Source of the DNA: an uncultured Anaerolineaceae bacterium
Lineage (GTDB): Bacteria > Chloroflexota > Anaerolineae > Anaerolineales > UBA4823
DNA: 64,000 bases
Reading direction: 5' to 3'
Assembly (NCBI GenBank): GCA_964354345.1
Contig: CAYGZL010000032.1
Coordinates: 31,152-95,151, forward strand
Numbering within the stretch: position 1 is the first letter of the stretch; each line of letters starts with the position of its first letter. The notes below the pieces were generated by a model that made no database searches, was not told where the DNA came from, and worked only from the letters and a program-made list of their open reading frames with translations. Positions 9,954 to 18,524 of this stretch are shown in pieces. Made by a program: the position numbers and the translations under genes.

Positions 9954-10473
9954 AGACTTTCCAACCAATCGCTTCGAGATCAATCCCATCAACGATACCA
10001 GGTGGTAAATCAACCAAAACCGCTTCTCCCTCTGCGAGCAGCGTTCCATCCTGGCTAAAGATAGCGCCGTGGGCCGATGCCATCCGCCCCCGGTCTGGAC
10101 CAGCTTTACCGACCAACCGTAAAGGTTGTCCGACTGGAACGTTTTTCCGATAACGAACATCTAACCTGGCAGTAAACATAAAGCGCGGCTTTTGTGGATC
10201 ACTTCCCATATGCGACCGACCAGTGACTTCATCCAACATCGCAGCAACAATTCCTCCATGCACCACGCCTGGATACCCCTGATACTGTTCGGGCACTGTA
10301 TATTCAGCCGTTACCTCGCCTGGCGCGCTTTCAATAAATTTCAGATGTAAACCAAATGGATTGTTAACCCCACAAACAAAGCAGTGTTGAGAATTAGGTT
10401 GGCGTGATGACAAGACAGACTCCTGGTGAAGATTGTGAATCATCAATTCCGAGTGAAATTGCTGGTTATCCAC
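9943..10473 (-). CDS. PaaI/4HBT-type hotdog-fold acyl-CoA thioesterase
   Basis: Motif PGVVHGGIVAAMLDE. It is the first gene of the minus-strand operon and overlaps the FAD subunit start by 11 nt. Confidence 0.8.
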   Translation of the reverse strand: MDNQQFHSELMIHNLHQESVLSSRQPNSQHCFVCGVNNPFGLHLKFIESAPGEVTAEYTVPEQYQGYPGVVHGGIVAAMLDEVTGRSHMGSDPQKPRFMFTARLDVRYRKNVPVGQPLRLVGKAGPDRGRMASAHGAIFSQDGTLLAEGEAVLVDLPPGIVDGIDLEAIGWKVYDS

Positions 10474-10727
10474 TGGCTGCTATCAATTATACTATCCTGC
10501 TTACCATCCAGACTTATCCTGCTATCGAATCCCAACCAATTGCTCAGAACGGCTCACCGTTCACCTTGGACTATGGTTTCGCTATATCCAAACCACAGCA
10601 TTCTATACTCCAGAATTATCGTTCTGGGGCATAGTATAATACTCCCCTACTTGGCAAGCAACAAATCGGGCAGGAGGCGTGCGGACTAGAATCTTAGGTT
10701 AATGAACTATGAGAAAGTCAGTGCATG

Positions 10728-10868
10728 GACCGCTTTACCAGGTGGTATCGCCTGGCTTCAGTGTGTTTCAAAGCGGTTGACGAGGTTGAGTGTTCCTACC
10801 TGCAAAGACAAGTCACCGGATAGATAATACCCAGGAGAGTGGTATAACCGATTGTTACCTTAAGATTC
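10728..10868 (+). ncRNA. glmS ribozyme: Candidate glmS ribozyme/riboswitch in the glmS leader
   Basis: AAGCGGTTGACGAGG at 10771..10785 matches, from memory, the conserved glmS ribozyme core. A CGCCTGG hairpin arm lies at 10749..10755 and CGGAT at 10817..10821. The position, directly upstream of glmS, is right. I could not fit P3/P4 by eye. Confidence 0.4.
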
Positions 10869-10881
10869 ATGGAGGGAACCC

Positions 10882-12741
10882 ATGTGTGGAATCGTTGGCT
10901 ACATCGGGCCACGTGACGCTACCCCAATCATCCTGAACGGGCTCAGGCGTTTGGAATACCGGGGGTATGACTCGGCTGGCTTGGCCGTGTTACAAAATAA
11001 CAAAATCGAAGTCCGCCGGGATGTCGGTAAACTTTCCCGTCTGGCCACATTGGTAGATGAGTCGCCCGTCCACGGCAACCTGGGCATCGGCCATACCCGT
11101 TGGGCGACCCACGGCGCTCCCAGTGCTCGCAATGCTCATCCCCATCTAGGTATGACCGGTGAGGTAGTGGTTGTACATAATGGCATAGTTGAGAACTTCC
11201 TCGAACTGCGCGATGAACTGTGCTGCGAGGGAGCCGTATTCAAGTCAGAGACGGATACGGAAGTTATCGTTCACCTGATCGAACGTTATCTGTCGTCCGA
11301 ATCTGGATTAGTGGAAGCGGCCCGCCAGGCCTTCAACCACTTGAAAGGCGCGCATGGGATCGTTGTATTCTCGTCCCGTGAACCAGATAAAATCGTTGCC
11401 GCTCGGATCGGCAATGCTGGCGGAGTAACCATCGGTCTGGGTGAAGGCGGGGGCATCGAGGGAGAGATGTTTGTCGCCTCAGACCTGCCTGCGATCCTGG
11501 ATCACACTCGGCAGATGGTTTTTCTGGAATCACGCCAAATGGCAGTCATCCGGCAGAATGGACTGGAGATTCAAACCCTGGAAGGGAAGCCGGTTCGCTA
11601 CAAGGTACACCATATTCCTTGGGATCCAATCTCAGCCGAAAAAGGAGAGTACCGGCATTTCATGGCGAAAGAAATCCATGAGCAGGTGCGCTCGTTGACC
11701 GATACGATAGGCGGACGGGTAGACTTCGAGAATGGTTCCGGCATCCGCCTGCCTGAGCTCAACCTGACGCGTGAGTTCGCCCAACGCCTACAGAAAATCT
11801 TTATCACCGCTTGCGGCACCGCCTCCCACGCCGGGATGGTTGGTAAAGTGCTGATCGAACACATTGCTCGTGTACCAACCGAGCTCCAGATTGCTTCGGA
11901 ATTCCGTTACAGCGACCCAATCGTAGACGTTAATACAGCCGTTCTAGCGATCAGCCAATCTGGAGAGACTGCCGATACGTTGGCTGCGATGGAGGAAGCC
12001 CGGCGCAAAGGCGCAACCTTGTGGTCCATCGTCAACGTCATTGGTTCCCAGGCGATGCGAATTGCTGATGGGTATATCTCGATGCAGAGCGGTCCAGAAA
12101 TCGGAGTCGCCTCGACTAAAGCCTATACAGCCCCGCTGGTTGATCAATATATGCTGGCCATCCTGCTGGCTGATCAGCGGGGTGTGATCGATAAAATCCG
12201 CCGCAAGCAATTAATCTCCGACTTACGCCTGATTCCCAACCTGGCCGGACGCTGCCTTGACCGTGAAGCCGAGGTTGAAAAGGTAGCCCGGGCGTTAATG
12301 AACACCAGCCATTGCCTGTACCTGGGACGCGGCATCAATATGCCTACTGCATATGAAGGGGCACTCAAACTGAAGGAGATATCCTACATCCATGCGGAAG
12401 GATATCCGGCTGGTGAAATGAAACATGGTCCCATCGCTCTGATTGATCGTGAGATGCCCGTCGTCGTCATCGCGCCACGGGATCCCTGGTATGAAAAGAT
12501 GCTCAGCCAGGTGGAACAGACTCGCTCGCGCGGTGGGATGGTCATTGCGGTGGCTACCGAGGGCGATACAACAATTGCCAACCTGGCTGACCACGTGTTA
12601 TGGGTGCCTGAGACGCCATGGCTACTCAGCCCCGTAATCACAGTCATCCCTTTGCAGTTACTGGCTTATCACATTGCCGCCCTGCGCGGCCTGGATGTGG
12701 ATCAACCACGTAACCTGGCCAAATCGGTGACGGTTGAATAA
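10882..12741 (+). CDS. glmS: Glutamine--fructose-6-phosphate aminotransferase
   Basis: MCGIVGYIG N-terminal nucleophile, two SIS domains and the C-terminal ...LAKSVTVE. GGAGGG RBS 5 nt upstream. Confidence 0.97.
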   Translation: MCGIVGYIGPRDATPIILNGLRRLEYRGYDSAGLAVLQNNKIEVRRDVGKLSRLATLVDESPVHGNLGIGHTRWATHGAPSARNAHPHLGMTGEVVVVHNGIVENFLELRDELCCEGAVFKSETDTEVIVHLIERYLSSESGLVEAARQAFNHLKGAHGIVVFSSREPDKIVAARIGNAGGVTIGLGEGGGIEGEMFVASDLPAILDHTRQMVFLESRQMAVIRQNGLEIQTLEGKPVRYKVHHIPWDPISAEKGEYRHFMAKEIHEQVRSLTDTIGGRVDFENGSGIRLPELNLTREFAQRLQKIFITACGTASHAGMVGKVLIEHIARVPTELQIASEFRYSDPIVDVNTAVLAISQSGETADTLAAMEEARRKGATLWSIVNVIGSQAMRIADGYISMQSGPEIGVASTKAYTAPLVDQYMLAILLADQRGVIDKIRRKQLISDLRLIPNLAGRCLDREAEVEKVARALMNTSHCLYLGRGINMPTAYEGALKLKEISYIHAEGYPAGEMKHGPIALIDREMPVVVIAPRDPWYEKMLSQVEQTRSRGGMVIAVATEGDTTIANLADHVLWVPETPWLLSPVITVIPLQLLAYHIAALRGLDVDQPRNLAKSVTVE

Positions 12742-12863
12742 AACAAGTCCTAATGACAGCACATATAAATTCGCCCTCGCTGGTCATGATAAAATTTAAA
12801 TAATCTTTGCATATCAATTATTAACAGGAGGACACAATTAACACCACCCCAAAACGCGGTGCT

Positions 12864-13724
12864 TTGTTTTGGCTTGGATTGATTGGATTAATTGGCGGTG
12901 GGATTGGAGAGATCTTATCGCTCGCGCTGATCTTCTTGTCCGGCCGCGGAATTTTGAATAACAGCGTCGTCCCCATACCACCGAATATCGCCCGCGATAC
13001 TCCTACCATTTTCATAAATACCCTACCCAGCCAAATACCTTCGCCCACGATACCCTCCCTGGCAACAAACACTATTCTGGCTACTGAAGCAAAACAGGCA
13101 GCCACAGATACTCCTATCCCACCTACGATGACCGTCACAAGCGCGGCTCAAAATAACTTCAATGATACCTTTTCTAATATAAATAGTGGTTGGGGAGAGC
13201 AACATGACCAGGTTTTTGATAAAGGTTACTTCCAGACAAGCACTTATCGAATGGGGATTAAAGCCCCTCAGCAACTGCTAATTGCCATATCCCCTGATAA
13301 TTTAGCCAAACCTATCCAAAATATAGTTATCTCAGTTAGAGGACGACAGAATCTGCCTGGAGTGGGTGCATTTGGGGTTATCTGCAGAATGCAGGATGAG
13401 CAAAATTACTATAGCGCGATGATCTCTGGAGATCAATTCCGGATTGGTAAGATGATCAACGGCAACTACACCAGCCTGACAGATCCGGCCTGGCAACCGC
13501 TCCCGGATACTGTAACCGATCAAGATGGTTACGATACAATCGATTTTAGTTGTATCGATTCCTTTATTGTGCTTCAAGTAAACGGGATTGGCGCTGCGCA
13601 TGTCACTGATGATAACCTCACCCAAGGCGCTGTAGGTTTGATTGCCATTGCTGGAAAGGATCAGGGGAAGGATGGATACTACACCCTGGCTTTTTTTGAT
13701 GACTTTTCTGTATACATCCCATAA
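12864..13724 (+). CDS. Membrane-anchored hypothetical protein with a Pro-rich linker and a beta-rich (LamG/concanavalin-like?) ectodomain
   Basis: TM helix LFWLGLIGLIGGGIGEILSLALIFL, then a P/T-rich linker, then a ~190-aa domain (FNDTFSNINSGWGE...YYTLAFFDDFSVYIP). The track start is TTG. An ATT at 12837 lies 5 nt after AGGAGG and is an alternative. Confidence 0.6.
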   Translation: MFWLGLIGLIGGGIGEILSLALIFLSGRGILNNSVVPIPPNIARDTPTIFINTLPSQIPSPTIPSLATNTILATEAKQAATDTPIPPTMTVTSAAQNNFNDTFSNINSGWGEQHDQVFDKGYFQTSTYRMGIKAPQQLLIAISPDNLAKPIQNIVISVRGRQNLPGVGAFGVICRMQDEQNYYSAMISGDQFRIGKMINGNYTSLTDPAWQPLPDTVTDQDGYDTIDFSCIDSFIVLQVNGIGAAHVTDDNLTQGAVGLIAIAGKDQGKDGYYTLAFFDDFSVYIP

Positions 13725-13743
13725 ACATAGATGAAGATATTCA

Positions 13744-16700
13744 ATGGGGCGAGGCAATATGGTTCGAAAATCATCCAAAACCAACCGCTATCCTGGATTT
13801 AGCCAAGCCACTTTTTTCCATCGGTTAATTCTTTATCTGATTGGCGTGATACTCGTACTGACCAATGCGGCCATGCCTGCCCGCGTTCTGGCAATCCCCC
13901 TGCTTAGTGATCTTCCAGCACAGACAGTCAATCAAGATGAATCTGGCGCCTGGCAATTGGTGAGTAATGACCAATTTGATACCTGGCGAGGAGATAAATT
14001 CCATGGAAAAGAGTCGGAATACACGCCCATCTACGAAAACAACACAGTTGGGGCTGTTTATACCGAATATAACATCCGCTTTACCCCAGACGCACCAAAG
14101 AAAATTAGCCAACAACTCTACGGCGTCTGCACCTGGAACTGGGAAAACGGGGCAGTACCAAGCGACGTTATTCCGGGAAAGAGTTATCCATTTAATTTAT
14201 CGGTTAGTGCTGACATAACCGGCCCTTTTCCAATGATGACCACTGTGGACGGATACACCGAGTCCCTCAGTCAGAATGCAAACAAAGGAGATAGCATCGC
14301 TTACACCCAGGTTTACATCGATCCACAAGGAACAGATCAAAGATCAGGTACTAATGAGATCAATGCATCATTGAGTTTACCAACCGGGCAAAGTGATGGA
14401 GAACAACGTCGTCTCAATCTAACCTGCAAAGTGGATCATGTCACCGTTACTATGCAGTATCTCTATCGGTGGGGCAAAACCGCCTGCCGTGCCACACTCG
14501 CTTTGCCGGATAAAATGGAACCTGGTAAACCATTCTTCCCACTGGCCACCGTGGTTGATAATAATAACCAACCGGTGAAACCCCAGAAGGAAACCTGGTA
14601 TTATAACGGCGTCAACACCAGCAGTATGGTTTGGGATGGGAAAGCCGCTACGGTGGATTATGAGTATATCTGTCCCCTTGATAATCAAACCAGAAAGGTA
14701 AGCATAAATATTCCACCCAACGAAGGAGATCAAGGGTGGTTGGTTGTCGTCGGTGAGATAGGAGCAGTGGTTTCGGCTGCAGCGATGTTAGCCGGTGGAG
14801 CCGCCTTGATCGCGGCCAACCGCCAAAAAGGTCCAAAAAAGGGGACACAAACTTCCCAATATATCTTACAGTTGAATAAAAACTATCTGGAAATACGCCC
14901 CAAAGAGAGTATATCATTAGCCATCCAGGCCTGGCGCGTCACACCCGAGGGAGTGCCTGTGGCTGCGCCAGAAGCCACCATTCAGGTGATTTTGCCTCCA
15001 TCAGCTGCTGGCTTGGTCGCGACACCTGCTGTAGGGCAAGGAACTCTCGATTGCGTGTTTACTATCCCTAAGCCTACCGAGTGCGCCCAACTGACCGTGA
15101 CGGTTACTGCTTCAGCCGCTGGTAAAAAAGTCGAGAAACAAATACAGGTACGAATCATACCGTTGTATGAACTGGCATTGACCTGGAGGGATCCATCACA
15201 AAAAGCACTCAAACCGGGCGAAGCGGTATGGGCACTAGCAAAACTGACTGCTACACCAATTGATCCACAATCTCCACCAGATGTGCTGGCTAAACGGATT
15301 AGCATTAGTGTCAAAGGACCAAACAGCGCCTTAATTAAGCTGCAAACACCCCTCCCTCAAGCTCAGGGTCCGTTTATAAAGAATGGTGTGGTATGGATAC
15401 CAGTCACATCTGTGCAGCCGCCACCTGGGATGGCGCTACAACCTGGCAATCCCAGCCTGGCGGCTGAATTCGTAGAGGGAACCCAACGCTTGGAGGCGCG
15501 TCTGCCCATTGGTTTTGCAGACCAGGTCTTAGGCGCCTGGGTGCAAGGGAAAAGCCAGGCTGACGTTATTTACAATAAACGGTTGGATACCCCAGCCTGG
15601 GATTTCGCAGAAATTGTCATGTTTTTTCATACATCCGAAGACAATAAAACCCCAGTTGCTCCCTCGGTAAAGTATAAATTTAATCAACCACCCATTGAAG
15701 CTGATCCACCCGTCCTCGAAGTAAGTGAATTTTATCCTCACGCTCAGGATCAATATACTCTCAAGGTTCGTTTACTCCCTGGCATTGAATTGGAACAATA
15801 TTTCGGTCGATATTTAACGGAGCGTCAGGGTGTCATCCAGGTCAAGATAACAGCCAAAGCAGAAGATGGAAAGCCTTTTACAGCGCAGGTAGCCTACCGA
15901 CTCCGACCCCAGCTAGAGCTGTTTGCCCACGGAAGCGATATCAGAGGCCGCCAATACAAAAACCTGGCTCTGGGATCGGTTGAGTTTGTCGCCGATGGTG
16001 ATGACCAAATGGCTATCCTTGTGGGTTGCTGCCGGACGGATCAGTCAGATCCAAGAGACGCCGATCAGATCGATCAGGTTGACCCAACCTGGTGGAGTTA
16101 TCAAGCCAGCCTACAAGGTGCGTCTGATAGTAATTTCCACACTTACCCCAATCAAGAAGGAATTGATGAAGAGCGTTCACTGATTGTCCAATCAAAAAAA
16201 CCACTCCTTTATAAAGCGGGAGGCGAGAGAGAAATACTATCTCTACATCTTGAAGGTAACTCAACGAGGCTATTGCCAGGGAATTATTTACCAGGTAATT
16301 TGAAGTTTGATTTGGAATTAAAACCGCGTTTTCCCGATTTACGCGCCTGGGTGGTGCCGGGGAAAGAACGTGGTACTTCTGAAGTGTGGATGCTGGTCTT
16401 CCTGGATCGCAATACCAGTCAGTTGCTAGGCGACACCATCTTGAAAGTAAAAACCAGCTCGATTTTTACTGCAAGCGGTAACGGAAGCGCGCCTTCACTG
16501 GTAACTCGCGACCTTCAAGACCAGACATTTGTTATCACTGGCTCGGATGGATCTGAGCAGGTCGATTTATTGTACAGGGACCTGACCTGGAGCAATTATC
16601 AAGAGGCGCTCTTCATCATATCCTGTAGCATAACCAATCGGTCAGGTGATCAAGAAAGCGACCCGGTGAAAGTATCGGTTAATGTCAAGGAGAATATCAA

Positions 16701-17460
16701 GCGTTTACTGGCTGACTTATTCGAGCGCGCTGATTTACTCAAGCTCAACAACCCTTACTGGCAAAACCGGTCTCTCGGTTTGAGTAACCTGATTGATCTG
16801 ACAGTTTATCGACCATTCGTGCGGGGACCGATATGGAATGCTTGTGAAATGCTTTCGGGGAATGAATGGAAGTATGCTAAAGGTGATAAGAAGGTGAAAT
16901 TCGCCCATGATTATGTGTGTTCGGAATTCCGAGATCGTATTGCCGAATGGTTGATCAAACGGCGCCACTATCAGCAGGGTCAACCAGATAAAATAAATGA
17001 CATTGCAAAAATGAATGGGATCGAATTTGAACATTTTGTCATTGCAAACGGATTGCACAACTACGAAGCCCTCTTCCTTTCAGGGATGGAACCAACTGAT
17101 GACCCGCGCGGTCTGGACCCCTGGTGGAAACAGCATTGGCAGGATCAGGCTTACTTTGACCCGGATCAATTGGTTAGTAATAACTGGGAAAGATACTATT
17201 GTGCAGAAACAGGCGCCTGGTTGTCGGTTAGCTTAATCCCTGTCGTTGCCCTCGGATTAGCCACTGGTGGAGGAACGCTAATTGCCATCATTCCTCTGCT
17301 CGGACCGATCATTGCGGCTTATTCTGCGGCCACTACGGGTGAAGTAGCATCCGGTAGGGTTTATTCTCCCAAAGACGGTTATAAATGGTTCAAGAGTACG
17401 CCTTATGTCGGTCGCCAGATATTTATTAATAATTGGACGACCGCCAATCCGCATGGATAG
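13744..17460 (+). CDS. Large (1238 aa) multi-pass membrane protein of unknown function
   Basis: N-terminal signal anchor (LILYLIGVILVLTNAAMPARVLA). Central TM (VVVGEIGAVVSAAAMLAGGAALIAA) followed by NRQKGPKKG. Ig-like beta-rich middle region. Two C-terminal TM helices (WLSVSLIPVVALGLATGGG / TLIAIIPLLGPIIAAYSAA). Alternative start ATG 13759, preceded by GAGG. Confidence 0.75.
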   Translation: MGRGNMVRKSSKTNRYPGFSQATFFHRLILYLIGVILVLTNAAMPARVLAIPLLSDLPAQTVNQDESGAWQLVSNDQFDTWRGDKFHGKESEYTPIYENNTVGAVYTEYNIRFTPDAPKKISQQLYGVCTWNWENGAVPSDVIPGKSYPFNLSVSADITGPFPMMTTVDGYTESLSQNANKGDSIAYTQVYIDPQGTDQRSGTNEINASLSLPTGQSDGEQRRLNLTCKVDHVTVTMQYLYRWGKTACRATLALPDKMEPGKPFFPLATVVDNNNQPVKPQKETWYYNGVNTSSMVWDGKAATVDYEYICPLDNQTRKVSINIPPNEGDQGWLVVVGEIGAVVSAAAMLAGGAALIAANRQKGPKKGTQTSQYILQLNKNYLEIRPKESISLAIQAWRVTPEGVPVAAPEATIQVILPPSAAGLVATPAVGQGTLDCVFTIPKPTECAQLTVTVTASAAGKKVEKQIQVRIIPLYELALTWRDPSQKALKPGEAVWALAKLTATPIDPQSPPDVLAKRISISVKGPNSALIKLQTPLPQAQGPFIKNGVVWIPVTSVQPPPGMALQPGNPSLAAEFVEGTQRLEARLPIGFADQVLGAWVQGKSQADVIYNKRLDTPAWDFAEIVMFFHTSEDNKTPVAPSVKYKFNQPPIEADPPVLEVSEFYPHAQDQYTLKVRLLPGIELEQYFGRYLTERQGVIQVKITAKAEDGKPFTAQVAYRLRPQLELFAHGSDIRGRQYKNLALGSVEFVADGDDQMAILVGCCRTDQSDPRDADQIDQVDPTWWSYQASLQGASDSNFHTYPNQEGIDEERSLIVQSKKPLLYKAGGEREILSLHLEGNSTRLLPGNYLPGNLKFDLELKPRFPDLRAWVVPGKERGTSEVWMLVFLDRNTSQLLGDTILKVKTSSIFTASGNGSAPSLVTRDLQDQTFVITGSDGSEQVDLLYRDLTWSNYQEALFIISCSITNRSGDQESDPVKVSVNVKENIKRLLADLFERADLLKLNNPYWQNRSLGLSNLIDLTVYRPFVRGPIWNACEMLSGNEWKYAKGDKKVKFAHDYVCSEFRDRIAEWLIKRRHYQQGQPDKINDIAKMNGIEFEHFVIANGLHNYEALFLSGMEPTDDPRGLDPWWKQHWQDQAYFDPDQLVSNNWERYYCAETGAWLSVSLIPVVALGLATGGGTLIAIIPLLGPIIAAYSAATTGEVASGRVYSPKDGYKWFKSTPYVGRQIFINNWTTANPHG

Positions 17461-17474
17461 AAAAGATTGGCAAG

Positions 17475-18503
17475 ATGAAACACTTACCTGAATTTACAAT
17501 GCGCTGTGAAGAGATTCCAATCACCCCTGGCATCGCCTCATGTCTGAATGAATTGTTTCAGGCATTGGCAATGATCCAATCGGGTGAAATACCAATGGCT
17601 AACAAAGGATTTATCGAAGGATTAGCAGCCTTAGCCGGTCTCTTTACAGGATCACCGAATGCAGCAGGTGGGACTTCCTGGAGCGCCAAATACTACCCTT
17701 CCTCTTCAGGCAATGGCGGGTTGCTAAAACTGACAGAACCGGCAGCGAGTCAAAGTCTGGTTGTTTCCCGCGATCGTCATGGAGCGCTCTATAACGGGAT
17801 ATGGTCGCGATTAGATGAAAACAATTGGGCAATTTTGCTTTTTGAGGTTGTGCAATCGCCGTCAGGTTATCAATTGGAAGTCAAAGGGGGTGAAATAGAA
17901 TGCAGCCTCCCCCTGGGAGAAAGCCTGCCTGGTTTCATATGGGCTACATCCAGGGATGTTTTGAATTTTGTTCCCGAATGGTTGGCAGGCAATGCAGACG
18001 CCTTGCCCCCTTCGGAAAAGCAGCAACCGGCTCAACCGTCCCCACGATCTGAATCGCCTGCTGTTCTTATTTCACAGCGGGTGGTCATTCCACCACAGCC
18101 AATGTGCACTAATTGTGGCGCTCCCCTGTTGCCAGAGATGCGCTTCTGCGGGCAGTGTGCCAAACCTGTAAACGGGGCACCAGCCCAGGTCACACTGCCA
18201 CCACCTTCACCCAGACCAACACCCGATTTCTACCTGATGGATAAAACGACTGGGCGATTATTCCCTCTCGTCAAACGGCTGACGATTGGACGCAACCCAG
18301 ATAATGATCTCAAACCAGATGATCCTCTTCTGTCACGCCAGCATGCCATTCTTGAACCAGTTGCCAGCGGTTGGCAAATCACGGATCTGAATTCAACCAA
18401 TGGCGTATATGTCAACGGCGAACGTATCATCAAGCCAACCCCCATACACCCCAACGATGAAATAAAAGTCGGCGCAACTTATTTTCTCGTAAAATCTACA
18501 TAA
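17475..18503 (+). CDS. Zinc-ribbon and FHA domain protein
   Basis: CTNCGAPLLPEMRFCGQC is a CxxC-x10-CxxC ribbon. The C-terminal FHA signature is TIGRNPDNDL...LSRQHAIL...ITDLNSTNGVYVNGERI. The track start TTG 17433 overlaps the upstream gene by 28 nt. ATG 17475 is 14 nt after its stop. Confidence 0.85.
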   Translation: MKHLPEFTMRCEEIPITPGIASCLNELFQALAMIQSGEIPMANKGFIEGLAALAGLFTGSPNAAGGTSWSAKYYPSSSGNGGLLKLTEPAASQSLVVSRDRHGALYNGIWSRLDENNWAILLFEVVQSPSGYQLEVKGGEIECSLPLGESLPGFIWATSRDVLNFVPEWLAGNADALPPSEKQQPAQPSPRSESPAVLISQRVVIPPQPMCTNCGAPLLPEMRFCGQCAKPVNGAPAQVTLPPPSPRPTPDFYLMDKTTGRLFPLVKRLTIGRNPDNDLKPDDPLLSRQHAILEPVASGWQITDLNSTNGVYVNGERIIKPTPIHPNDEIKVGATYFLVKST

Positions 18504-18524
18504 ATACTAACTTCATTTCAGCAG

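Noticed and set aside
9954-10160. N-terminal extensions of the longest ORFs: 9150..10160, 6103..9228, 20962..22509, 40363.., 60098.., 24777.., 37195...
   Set aside because: The extensions overlap upstream genes or hairpins and lack an RBS. Downstream starts have SD sequences and align with the family N-termini, so I trimmed the coordinates.
10404-10689. Two overlapping plus-strand ORFs (76 and 87 aa) in the divergent intergenic region upstream of glmS.
   Set aside because: They have no RBS and their sequences are low-complexity. One overlaps the thioesterase start. The region is more plausibly promoter and leader DNA for the two divergent operons.
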